A stretch of 61,423 bases of DNA, counting the filler, from Jimgerdemannia flammicorona (taxonomy: Eukaryota): the NCBI GenBank assembly GCA_003990765.1. It is 3 parts of 3 records of this genome, joined end to end, with 100 filler letters (N's around TTAATTAATTAA, not from the genome) between each part and the next. Parts side by side here need not be neighbours in the genome. Positions count along the whole stretch, not along the records: positions 1 to 20,411 come from RBNJ01001690.1; 2 more parts are not named here. The stretch is one strand, 5' to 3'. A program made the position numbers and the translations under genes. Positions 1-11,048 of this stretch are shown here, one piece after another. Within the stretch, counting starts at the first letter, position 1. Every line of letters begins with the position of its first letter. A model generated the notes under the pieces. That model was not told the origin of the DNA and searched no databases. It saw only the letters and a list, made by a program, of their open reading frames with translations.

Positions 1-77
1 ATACTAAACAATAAAAGAAACTACTTAGGACTATCAGAATTAGTCACTTCCTCATTTAGAAACTAGAACTGTTATCT

Positions 78-115
78 TATTCATAGACTGGTAATAAAGA
101 TGGAGTCCAAGTGAC

Positions 116-192
<77 letters not shown>
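78..192 (+). mobile_element. Extreme 3' end + poly(A) tail of the L1/Tx1-like LINE (5'-truncated copy)
   Basis: tattcatagactggtaataaagatggagtccaagtgactat followed by a long poly(A) is nearly identical to the 3' terminus of the full-length LINE at ~40880-40921. No TSD seen. Confidence 0.85.
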
Positions 193-196
<4 letters not shown>

Positions 197-479
197 GCAG
201 ATCATGAACTATGTATAAGTACACAACCTCTAAGCCACTGAAATCACATATCACCCTCAGAATAAATTTGGAAATTACATATAAGATTATAAAGCTGAGT
301 TAACTCAAAATTACAGAACATTAGATTTATAAAAATAGAACCTTATTAATTAGGACTGAAAGCATATATACTGAATATACAGATATATCAAAATGGAGAA
401 CTATAATAAACCAAACAAACAACTATAACTCTCAGACATATACTAAACATGATTACTAAAATCTATAATTACATCTGTA

Positions 480-1550
480 CTAATATTTGGAATATATTGT
501 CAACTAAGCCATAGCTCTCTTACTTCTTATAAATATCTATAGTCTAGTACCTCTCTATTTTGTGGAAACCCAATGAAACATTCTAAATATATTTAGTAAA
601 GCTTATTGAATTGGACAAATCTCAAGCTACTATCAGATTGATCACCTCCTGGAAGATATAGTTAGCCACTACCATGATATAGATATTACTAAAATGTCTC
701 AACACCAGAAACTCATCACTCACAAACACTAAGAACTCTTTTATAAGTATAGTATCTTTATTTCCCATCTCTGAGTTACTACCACTAAAATGGTTATTAC
801 TCTATCCTATAGCCAAATTGACAATATGATACAAGAACTCAACTATAAGTATATTGAGTATACCCAAACTACAGATAACTCCTTTCTATACCCTGATGAC
901 TTTATACTGCAAATGTCTCAAGTTGGATATACTATGAAAGATATTATAATCTAGTTTGATAATAATGAAGCAGAAGATAATGATCCCTCTGATATTGATA
1001 TGACCTCTAGTCAAGGATTCCTGCCAACTCTGATTACTTCATCAATCTTGCCAATGAACTTATAATAATTTATAACTATCTATAAGATCTATTGGAATAA
1101 TAACTCCTGGTATAAGTACTAACCTATATTTATACCTGATTACTTCAACTATAATGAAGAGACTAGAGAATATAACTTATATCTCTAGATAGTCCTTAAG
1201 ATCAAACCAATAACCCCACCTTCCAAGTATAAATAAAATGAACCATAGCTACCAGCATAATTCAACTCTATAACTTATAGTGCTATAATCTACCAAAAGT
1301 ATGCTAATAGCAAATCTGATGAAAGTGAAGATAATATATTCCTTCTCCACTCACTAATACCCTATCTAGTATATGAGATAGATAATACCATTCTGTTGGA
1401 TAGTGACATAGTTCTAACCTACTACTATATAAATGAACAAAGAGATATAATTCAAGAACTACTCTTCCTAGATGATTATTTCATCAGAGATAATATCATC
1501 AATAGTAATCTTATTGAAGAATATTCAGATAATATCTAAATCTATAGATA
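480..1550 (+). pseudogene. Decayed accessory ORF of LTR-retrotransposon remnant E (homolog of the A/C/D accessory ORF)
   Basis: Frame-1 translation through stops reads INIYSLVPLYFVETQ*NILNIFSKAY*IGQISSYYQIDHLLE...ELFYKYSIFISHL*VTTTKMVITLSYSQID...YPDDFI. These blocks align without gaps to the accessory ORFs of A, C and D. Boundaries are uncertain. Confidence 0.55.
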
Positions 1551-1611
1551 GCTTAGCAGTTATTGATATAGTTAGATTAGTCTTGTACTATGTATATAAC
1601 TATATACTAAC

Positions 1612-3516
1612 TCAGCACTCTCTCTGTACTAGCCAGTCTCTCCAGCTCTCTACATCATGTATCTCCCCTTTACCTCTCCTCACTAAAATCCCAACCTTGT
1701 CCTTCTATACTATCTCACCTCTCTATTTCTTCATCCAATCCAGTTTATCTAAGTCATTCTCACATCTGACATTCTGCAATAGAAAGATATCAGCCTCTAA
1801 TCCTTTCAGCCAAGTAAAAATGTTTTGTCATTACACCAATCCCTATAGTCTATTTACATTCAAAGAAAAAATATTAGTTGTACTGTTTATATAAAGAAAT
1901 GTTAAAAGTCAAGTATACTCTCTACAGCTCTACATTCATCTCCTTCTGTGCCAAGTCCAACTTGCATTTAATAGCTATCTCCTCCTCTTTAACCCTCTTA
2001 GCCTCTAATTACACCAGTGGCTCTGCTAGCTTCTCATTCTCCTTTTTCTCAAAGTCCTCACAATACTCTAAGCAAGCTTCCTGCCAGAGCTATAATCTAT
2101 GTCTCTCCACCCACTAGAGGGTGGCCCTCTCCCCAGCAATAACTACCAGCTCTGTCTCTCTTACCTTGTTAACCTCATATCCTTCCTCTTCTAAGAAAAC
2201 TACAAGTACTTCTACCTTCAGGGCCTTTACTACTCTATCACCATATAAGATTTGCATCCATTGATCATTACTAAGCACCCTTAGGTCCATATCCCCTAAC
2301 TCCTCAGCTGCCAAGTTATTCATTATCTGATACATCCACTATAGGTTTCCCATCTCCTTTCTACCTAGAGTTGCTGGTCTCCTCTCTCTCAGTATTAAGA
2401 TATCTGTTCCTGCACTTGCAGTCTCCTCCCACTCCTCCTCAGAGATATCCACCAGTTCATCCTTACTTGCCACTATTACCAGACTCCCTTTCTCAACTGT
2501 AGAGACTCTAAAATATATATACTGAGCCCTCTGCATAGACACATCCTCTGCTGACCTACCTCTTGAGGCTGGACCTCTTCTGATAAGAAGAGGAGTATCC
2601 TCCCAGACTTCAAATATACCATCTACATATAGGTTGTTGCTAGATATCATCCTGGCCTCCTCTGGACCCTTCTCCACATTCCCTCCTCTCTTGCTAGTCC
2701 AGACACTTGCTTTGGCACCCTCAGAGTTCTCAATATTACCAGTATCCTTCTTTGCCTTCTCTTCCAGATTTGCTAGCAACTTCCTCTACCTCTTATATCC
2801 TTGAGACCACTCTCACAGCCTCTTATCAATATGGACATACTTCCTATCCACTATCTCCAGATATATCAACTCTATATATATCTTCCAAGCCTTTGCTCTC
2901 TGCTCCACTATACTGCTCAGCTCCTCCAACATCTCTAACAAATCCTCCTCCTCCTCCTCACTCCTCTTCATCCTTGTTACCTTATATACAAAGGCCCCCC
3001 ATACTATCACTGATGGCCAATCATAAGTCTTCCCAGTAGCCTCTCTCTTGATCAGCCAAAGCCAGATGTCTATATCTCCTATCCTAAATAAGATCTCTTC
3101 CCAGACCCAAAACCCAATATCAACTATCTCCCTATACTCAGTTATGACCTCCTTCACTCTCCTCCTCATCTCCATAGCAGTCACTGTGAGTACTCTTTTC
3201 ACCAGAAGTTGCACTACCCTAGGGTCCCACTTCAAGCATTGTGCTATCAGAATATATCTCTCTAATAGTTAGCCCCATCTTCAGCACAGCCTCCAATGAC
3301 CCAGCCTTCTCAAAGCCCACCTCTACCCCTTCCAAACCCCTCAGAAACTTTACAGATACCACACCATCTATCTGCTTGGCAATCAGCTCTAAGATCATTT
3401 TCACTGTCACTACCAAGCTCTGGAATTACAAACTCTGAGATCAACTTTTTGAGTAATAGGGCCACTGCCAGGCCTATTGCACTATCCACTAGATCCCCCA
3501 TCTAGTTGGGCCCCAT
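1612..3516 (-). mobile_element. L1/Tx1-like LINE fragment (ORF1 3' part + start of ORF2 APE), left half, interrupted by Gypsy element A
   Basis: Minus-strand ORFs (KWDPRVVQLLVKRV..., MNNLAAEELG..., NIFSLNVN...) are homologous to ORF1/ORF2 of the LINE at 35062-40921. Many TAG/TGA stops. Confidence 0.9.
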
Positions 3517-4338
3517 TGTAATAACTCTCACTTCTATCTCTCTCTTATCCTTAGGATAATTAGGGAAGTGGACTATTACTTAGGGACTTAGTACACAATG
3601 TGTACTAAGAAGCCTTCAGTTTGAGGAAGTGCTTGCTTATAAGTAGTTATAGTGGCAGTACCTTATCTTTCAAAGGTCTTTTTCTGGTTTGCCTTCTGTT
3701 TCAAAGGTCTTTCTCTTGTGCCCTATTTTGAGGGTCTTGTTCTTTGCTGTGCACAGAATGAATTCACCTTAGAATTCAGGTTCAATGGATTTACTTAAGT
3801 CTTTGGGAATTTATATACCGGTCTCAGTTCTGGCAGAAGTTAGCTAGGCTTCTGGAGTTTAGTCAGAAATACTAGAGTCACTTAGATGTCATTACTAAGA
3901 CTCAGGGAAATGTGTGTGTATGGGGGGGGACTTGATTCTTATATCAAGGACTGAACTAAAACTGCTTTATTTCAGATAGAAACTGGAGGGTATTTATACA
4001 AGTTGGTCCACGATTTCTGACTAAGTATGAGTGACTAATTTGGTAACTATAATGAGGTTTGTGATTGCGACCTTTGTCAGGTGGTTTTTGGTAAAGAATA
4101 TCTTTATGATCAGGACCTCAATTACTAGGCAATGATCAGCAGCTGTGGCAACTATTGCTGTAGCACAAGTTGTTAGGGATAAGCTGAATATTGTTTTCTG
4201 CATTGTTTGTTTGCATCGTTTGTTTGTTCATCACTCATTATTCATATGCCATGCTCAATCGTATGATGACATCATCACTGGATCATGTGATCATTTGTCT
4301 TGTCATGTCCCATCTGTTCGCTCATTCATTCTATTACA
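3517..4338 (-). repeat. 3' LTR of element A
   Basis: Direct repeat of 11882-12702 with TGTAATA...TATTACA termini. Minus-strand TATAAATACCC at 3988-3998 followed by AATAAA. Confidence 0.95.
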
Positions 4339-4352
4339 TCCTTCCCCCCTTA
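4339..4352 (-). other. Polypurine tract of element A
   Basis: Minus strand reads AAGGGGGAAGGA immediately before the 3' LTR TGTAATAG. Confidence 0.85.
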
Positions 4353-5177
4353 GAAATCAATGTCCTTGTTGATTGAGAAATTGAGAACCAGGGGAGAGAA
4401 AGGTGGGGAATCCTCCTCAGGGTTATTACCATCTTCTTCAGGGGCAGGGGGGGTGGTTACTGGTGGCTTGCTGTCCAGGATGGAGAAGTCAATTAGGTCT
4501 GCAAATGGTTCTTGCATTGGGATAGGTGCTGGTGTAGGGGTTCTCCATCTGATGTGGTTGGGGCCATCCAAGTAGGGTTCTTGGTCTTCATGCCTGGAAA
4601 TATCCATTCTGATAGATGGTCCTTCAAAGAGGTCAGAGAGGCCTTGGAGCCATTGGTCAGGGTTGTCATTCAGGAGGGGGCTCTAGTGAGGCTCGATGTT
4701 AGTAGACTTGAGGGCAATCCAGGAGTTAGCTTCTTGGGTGACCTTGACTTCCAGGGCATCAACCTCAGGGAAAGAGAGGTTCTGGAAGTCCTTCAGTTGT
4801 ATGTAGTTGAGGTTGGAGATCATGAAGAGTGCATGGTGCATGATTTGATGGATCTTCTTGGCAAGTCTTTGCTCATACCTGTCTAGGTGAGTCTAGTCAG
4901 AGACCTGGTCTGTGGGTAGGCCATTTGTATGTTGGAGAAGCTGGTGATCAATTTCAAATTCGTGCCAGATTTCTAGGTGGCTGGTAGCAAGGTAGGCCCT
5001 TTTGATAAGTTCATAGCAGTCAAGGACATACTGTCCTAGGTCTGGGCTGGTGAGGTTAAGGGCCTCTGAGTGGCGGTTCCTTCCTTGGATAACAACCTGG
5101 ATGTGTCCAAAGAGGCAGTCAACCTGGCTTAGGAGGGGCTGGCTATGGTGGACAGTTTGGCAGCAGGTGGCAGGCAT
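4350..5177 (-). pseudogene. Accessory ORF (env-position, unknown function, ~275 aa) of element A
   Basis: MPATCCQTV...LAKKIHQIM...LNDNPDQWLQGLSDLFEGPSI...FADLIDFS...LVLNFSINKDIDF in a single frame with only two TAG stops (4893-4895, 4683-4685). TATAAATA lies ~65 nt upstream (5242-5249). Confidence 0.8.
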
Positions 5178-5849
5178 TCTTGTTTTGTCTTTTCTTTGTG
5201 AGGAGAGGGGGATGAGAGTTGTGGGGTGTTCTTGCCTTGGGTATTTATACTTATTCATCTGTCTGATGTGACCTTCCCTTGGTCACACTTTCTGACAAAA
5301 TGCATGACCTGTTGCTATAAGCAGGGCATGTGCTGGTCACATGAGAAAATCCTGATTTCAAAGATATTGTCACTTATAATTGTGGTTACACAGGGTTAAC
5401 AGGTCTTGGTCCACTTTTTTTTTGTCTGGTAGGCACATTTGCAAGGACTGGCCATCCTTGTCTAGGGCAAGGGCTCTCATTGTTGTGGCTGGGTGTTTGA
5501 ACCTCTTGGAAATAGACTTTCTTATAATCTGAGGCAATTCCTAGTAACAATATCTGTCATGTAGATGGACTTAGACTGGTTTCGACATTGTTGGCTTTCC
5601 TAAGTTTCACATGAAGCATCCATCATCATCCAGCAGAGATGACACAGATGGCATGAAATGGAGTTGTTCAAATGTATTTTGCTGTACTGTACTAGATTGT
5701 TCTTTTACTTGGGTATCTTCTTATTGGTTATCCATAGTGTTCCTTTTTCTCACAATGTTTGGTATTATATATTTCCAGATAAAAATATGTGGTATCCTTC
5801 TGCTCGCTGTGTGCTCCTATACTTAGAGCTGTAGTTCCTTCCTTGGCTG

Positions 5850-8800
5850 GGGGGTGAGTGTTTCCATGTAGTCCTGGAGGGCTTTACATGCATTCTTCAG
5901 GACTTCTTCTTTTTTCCAGGTGGTATCATGGGTGGGATAACCCTTCTACTTGATCAGGAAAAAATACTTGACTGTTTTGGGATATTTGTGGACCTTGTGG
6001 GCAAGTACTTCCTTAATTTCGAATTCCTCATGATCATTGATCCTAATTGGGGGTGGTGGTGGAACTGTATGCTTAGGGAATGGGTTCTCATGGTAGTCCA
6101 CCAATTGACTGATATGGAATACTGGGTGTACTCGGATATTGTGAGGCAGTTGCAACTTATAGTTGACTTCACTGATTTTTTCCATGATCTTGTATGGTCT
6201 AATTCTTCTAGCACAGAGTTTCTTGGCTGGTTGTTGTGCCAGGGTATCTGAGTGGAGGTGGTCTGTTCTAAGCATGACCAAGTCACCAATATTGTAGGAG
6301 ACTTCTCTTTGCTTCAAGTTCATATACTTGGTCTGGTAGTCTTGTGCTTCTATGAGAGCATCTCTTGTCATTTGTGTAAGGTCAGAAATGGTCTCAGCCA
6401 GATCTTGGGCTGCTGGGACTGCTGATTTTGTAGTAGTACTTGGGGTCCTTGGGTGTTGACCATAGTTCAGAAAGAATAGAGTCTTCTTTGTGGAGGTTTG
6501 CTGACTGTTGTTGTAGGTAAACTCAGCATGAGCTAGGTACTTGTCCCAATCATTTTGCTTGTAACAGTAGAAGATGCTAAGCATCTGTTTGAGAGTCCTA
6601 TTGGTTTGCTCAGTTTGACCATCAGTCTGAGGGTGGTAGGCAGTAGAGAACTTCAGCTTGGTTCCATAGAAGGAGAAAAATGCCTTCCAGAAGTTGCTTG
6701 TAAACTTGGTATCTCAGTCAGATACAATAGTGCTAGGCATGCCATGTAGTCTGAATACTTGATTGAGGAAAATCTCAGCAATCTCTGGTGCTGTAGCGGT
6801 GGTCTTGGTGGATACAAAATGGGCTTATTTACTTAGGCAGTCCACAAATACCACGATGGCATCCCATCCTGCCTTGGTCTTGGGGAGTTGGACAATGAAG
6901 TCCATTGCAATCTGGTCCCAATTGTGACTCAGGATAGGCAAGGGTTGCAGGAGTTCTGCTGGTAGCTTGTTACCACTTTTGAACTTTTGGCATATCTTGC
7001 ATGAGGCCACAAAGTCTTTAATATCTTTGGTCATCTTTGGTCAGTAAAATTCTCTTGAGAGGAGGTTATAGGTCTTTTCAAAACCAAAGTATCCTGCTGT
7101 AGGAGTATCATGGAGTTCCTGCATGATTTTGAGTCACAGAGGGTATAACCACTCTGTCATGGTCCCGGTAGATAAGTCCATCATGATAGGTGAATCTCTT
7201 GGCCATTTGCCTCATAGGTTCTGGAACCTTAGCCTCTGGGTCTTGGCAGAATTGAAGGAAATTCATCAGAGAGCTATCTTACTGGTAGCCATCCTTGATC
7301 ATTTGGGTAAGGTCTCCAATTACTTTGACCATGAAGACAAGTTTGTCTTCCATATACTTGGAGAAACCATCAGCCACACAGTTGGTTTTGCCTGGGATAT
7401 ACTTGATTTCCATATCAAAGTTGGCAATGATTTCCATCCAGCAGGCTTGTCTGTGGGTCAGCATAGGCTGTGTGTAAATATACTACAGTGCATGGTGATC
7501 AGTATAGGCTACAAATGGCTATCCTAGGAGGAAGTGGCACTATTCCTGGAGTGCAGTGACAATAGTCAGGAGTTCCTTCTCATGGGTGGTATACTGGGTC
7601 TCAGCTGGCTTGAGCTTTTGGTAAAGATAGGCCACTGAGTAGTCTTCTTGACTGAGTACTGCTCCAATAGCAATGTCAGAGACATCTGTGGTCAGCATGA
7701 ATGGTCTGGTAGGGTCAGGTGCAATTAGCACTGGGGCCTTGGTAAGGAGTCTCTTGAGATGGTCCATAGTCAGAGTGCATTCAGGGGTCCATTCAGCTTT
7801 GATGTTCACTCCTTTGCAGGCCAGACTGGTTAATAGAGCTGCAATAGCAGAGTATCCTTGAATAAACCTTCAGTAATAACCAGCAATACCCAGAAAGCAC
7901 TGGAGTAGCTTGAGGGTAGTAGGGATAGGGATATCCTTAAGGGCTGATACCTTTCGGGGGTCTACATTGATACCTTCAGCAGAGATGATGTGTCCTAGAT
8001 ATTCAATCTGATCTTGGTAGAACTTGCATTTGCTCATCTTGGCATAGAGTTGGTGTTCTCACAGGAGGGTCAGTACTTGTCTGAGATGGGTGTAGTGTAG
8101 CTCTACTGTCTCGCTGTAGATTAGTATATCATCAATATATATAAGGACACAGATGTTGAGGAGGGGTCCAAAGATGTCATTCATCAGATACTGGAATGTT
8201 GCTGGTGTATTGATCAATCCAAAAGGCATGACTTGGAACTGGTAGTGTCCAAACCGTGTTCGGAAAGCTGTCTTCTCAATGTCCTTCTCATCAATGAGAA
8301 TCTGGTGATAGCCATTTCACAAATCCAGTAGAGAAAAGGTCTTGGCCTTGAAGATTTGGTGTAGCAACTCATCAATTCTGGGCAAGGCATACTGGTTCTT
8401 GATAGTGATCTTGTTAAGGGCTCTGTAGTCAACACACATTCACAGAGAGCTATTCCTTTTCTTGACAAATAGAATGGGGGCTCCAAATGGAGAGCAGCTG
8501 GGTTCAAGATATTCTTGGGCCAGTAGTTTGGTCAATTAATCCTTGAGGGTCTTGAGCTCAGGTTGAGCCAGTTGGTAGATACTCTTGTATAGGGGTTCAG
8601 ATCCTGGAATAAGATCAATTCCCTGTTGGATTTGGCACTTGGGTGGAAGTCCTTGAGGATCTTGGAATATGTCTTGGAATTCTTCAAACAGTTCTTGAGC
8701 TTCTGTTGGAATTGGGCTACTTGTAGCTTCAGTGACTTCTTGTACTGTACAGATGAAGTAGGTATTTCCCTTTTTCCAAGAGAGTCTCTTCATTTGAATA

Positions 8801-9210
8801 GCAGAGATGATTTCGATTTCTTGGTAGTTGGTATCTTCCTGGGGTATCAGGGTGATCTTTCTACCTTCATGGGTCAGGTTAACCTCATTGGTTCTCCAGT
8901 TGATGTCTGGGTTGTACTGGGTCAACCAGGCTTTTCCTAAGATGATATCTTGTCCTGGGAGATCTACAATGCTGAAGTCCAACTTCTCTTGATATTTGCC
9001 AATCTTGAGCAAAAGGTCTTCACAGATCTTGGTCAATGGTACAGTCTTTCCATCACCAAAGGTAACACTTCTTTTCTCAGTAGTTGGTCTGCTTCGGGCT
9101 CAAATCCTCTTGGCAGTCTTGGTGCTGATATAGTTTCCAGTAGCACCATTATCAAGCAAGATATTGACATTTTGTCTGTGGACTTGGCCTGTGAACTTAA
9201 TACAACTGTC
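5850..9210 (-). pseudogene. pol: pol of element A: aspartic protease, RT, RNase H, integrase, C-terminal chromodomain
   Basis: PR LLDNGATGNYIS (~9110-9170); RT with IYIDDILI (~8120-8145); RH LTTDVSDIAIGAVL...HEKELL; IN H..H..CKIC and IAMDFIVQLP, with PSD GQTE-type core; chromodomain EFEIKEVLAHK...FLIK*KGYPTHDTTW (~5850-6030). Interrupted by stops and frameshifts. Confidence 0.93.
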
Positions 9211-9529
9211 CTCCTTCTTGATGGTATTGAGCTCTTCATCCTCATTGTTGTCCCAATTGCTGTCAGTCTCCTCGAAGTCAGTTTCTCCCCATCCTTCACA
9301 AGGAGGGTTGTCTTGTTTGGGTTCCTCAGTCTGTTGAGCTTGGCACTTCTCAGATTGAATTTTGAAAACTTTGGAGAGATATGTATGGCATTCACCAATA
9401 TGTTCCATGCAGTACATTCAAATAGAATGAGAGCATCATCCACATAGTGCATAACCATCTGCAATTCTCTTATACCAGTTTTCATCATCTTCCTTCATAG
9501 TAGTGACCTTTTGACTGGGAGGTTTGTTG

Positions 9530-9940
9530 GTAGATCCAAACTCTTTCTTGCCACAATCTGTCTGGGAGAGTTCAGGGACTTCTTCAATGGTGAGATCTTG
9601 ATGGATTTCTTCAATGATTGCTTGAGCAATTCTTTGGCCTGTTTTGACTTCAAATGATGTATCTCCAAAATTTCGCAAGATGATATGGATTTCACCAGTA
9701 AATCCTTGGTCAACTACTCCTCCGCCTAGCCCAATGTTGAACTCTTTAGCTAGGCTGCTTCACTCAGCAAGGTGGATGTATGTACCTCTGAGAGCTTGCA
9801 TTGCAATTCCTGTTCACATTGTAGCATTGGTACTTGGTGGGATGGTGAGGTCTTGGCTACTGTAGAGATCATATCCAGCATCAGTTAGGTGGGCCTTAGT
9901 GGGGATGGTAGCCTTGTACCATATCTTCTGTACTTTGATG
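9530..9940 (-). pseudogene. dut: dUTPase domain of element A (between NC zinc knuckle and protease)
   Basis: All five trimeric dUTPase motifs are recognisable: DAGYDL, (R)SSLA, GGVVDQGFTGEI, GQRIAQ and TD(R)GKKEFGST. Confidence 0.92.
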
Positions 9941-10029
9941 ACATTCTTGGAGTTCTTCTTTTCTGGACCTTCTCCAATAATAGTAATGTTCTGGTTACTG
10001 GGTTCACCTGTTCTGTTTCTCTTCTCAGG

Positions 10030-10992
10030 GCATTTGACTGAGATGTGCCCTGCCTTCTTGCCAATAAAGCACAATCCCTTTTCATGGAGCTGCCTCTTTT
10101 CATCCTCAGTGGGGGGTCTGGGTCCTCTGGGGTTTTGCTGGTTTCTTTGATCATTCTGTTGATCATATCTTTGATCATTTCTCCTGGTAGGATTTCTTCT
10201 ATCTTGGTTATCCTTCTTGTATTCTTGATTTCATAGGGCTTGTGCAGCAAGGATCTCACAGGCTCTTCTTTGTACTTGGGCAAAACACCATGAGTAGTGG
10301 AGATATCCTTGGGGAAGACCTTGTTCCTTAATCTTCTGGGTAAGCCAGTCTGGTAGGGCTGTAAAGAGATGGTTGGCTCTGGTACCATTGATGGCCAAAT
10401 TGTTCTCCTGATAGGTAAGTCCAACAGTTTTGAGGTAGGCATCCATTCTGGTAGCAAAGGTCTCTAGATCCTCTTTGCTATTCTTGTGGAACTTCATCTG
10501 GGACAGTTTGTTCCAAGTTTCTTATATGTAGACTGCATTTTGGAATTTGATCAGTAGCAAGGCCTTGAGTCCTGGGCCTGCTTCATAGTTATCCCAACCT
10601 GGTCTATTGTTGCCAGGTACTTGTCTATTGACTTGAGGGCAGGCTTCCTAGGTTACTGGGTGTTGTTCCAAGGTTCGCCAGAATTCGGCTGCTGTTCCAG
10701 TGAAGAATGTGGCTACTGTTTCTACTTATGCTGCTGATGTGGCAAACAGCTGTTGAAGGGTGCTGTTCTGGTTATTGGTGAGTATTCCTATAGGTACTCA
10801 GTTGTTATCCATTGGTTTGCTCAGTAGCCTGTATCAACTACATTGATGAAGTTTTCAATATCACTGTTTTTTCCACTGAATATTGGGATTCACAAGGTTT
10901 TGGTTGGTTTGTTCTGTTCAGCAATCTGTCCTACTATCCCTGCTAGTGCTGCTAGCTGAGTAGTCAGTACTGCAATATTGACATCTACCATT
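10030..10992 (-). pseudogene. gag: gag of element A
   Basis: Capsid-like IPIFSGKNSDIENFI and EDLETFATRMDAYL segments, plus a degenerate knuckle CFI(G)KKAGHISVKC at ~10030-10072. Confidence 0.75.
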
Positions 10993-11048
10993 GTATTGAT
11001 TATTGGTGGTGGGCCTTTTGGGGTAGATTCTCCTGAAGATTGTTCTGC

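Noticed and set aside
1472..1894. 140-aa plus-strand ORF
   Set aside because: Straddles the junction of two decayed elements and is antisense to the LINE APE region.
4350..5177. env gene call for the 3' ORF of element A
   Set aside because: No signal peptide, furin site/fusion peptide or C-terminal TM helix visible, and it is short for an envelope protein.
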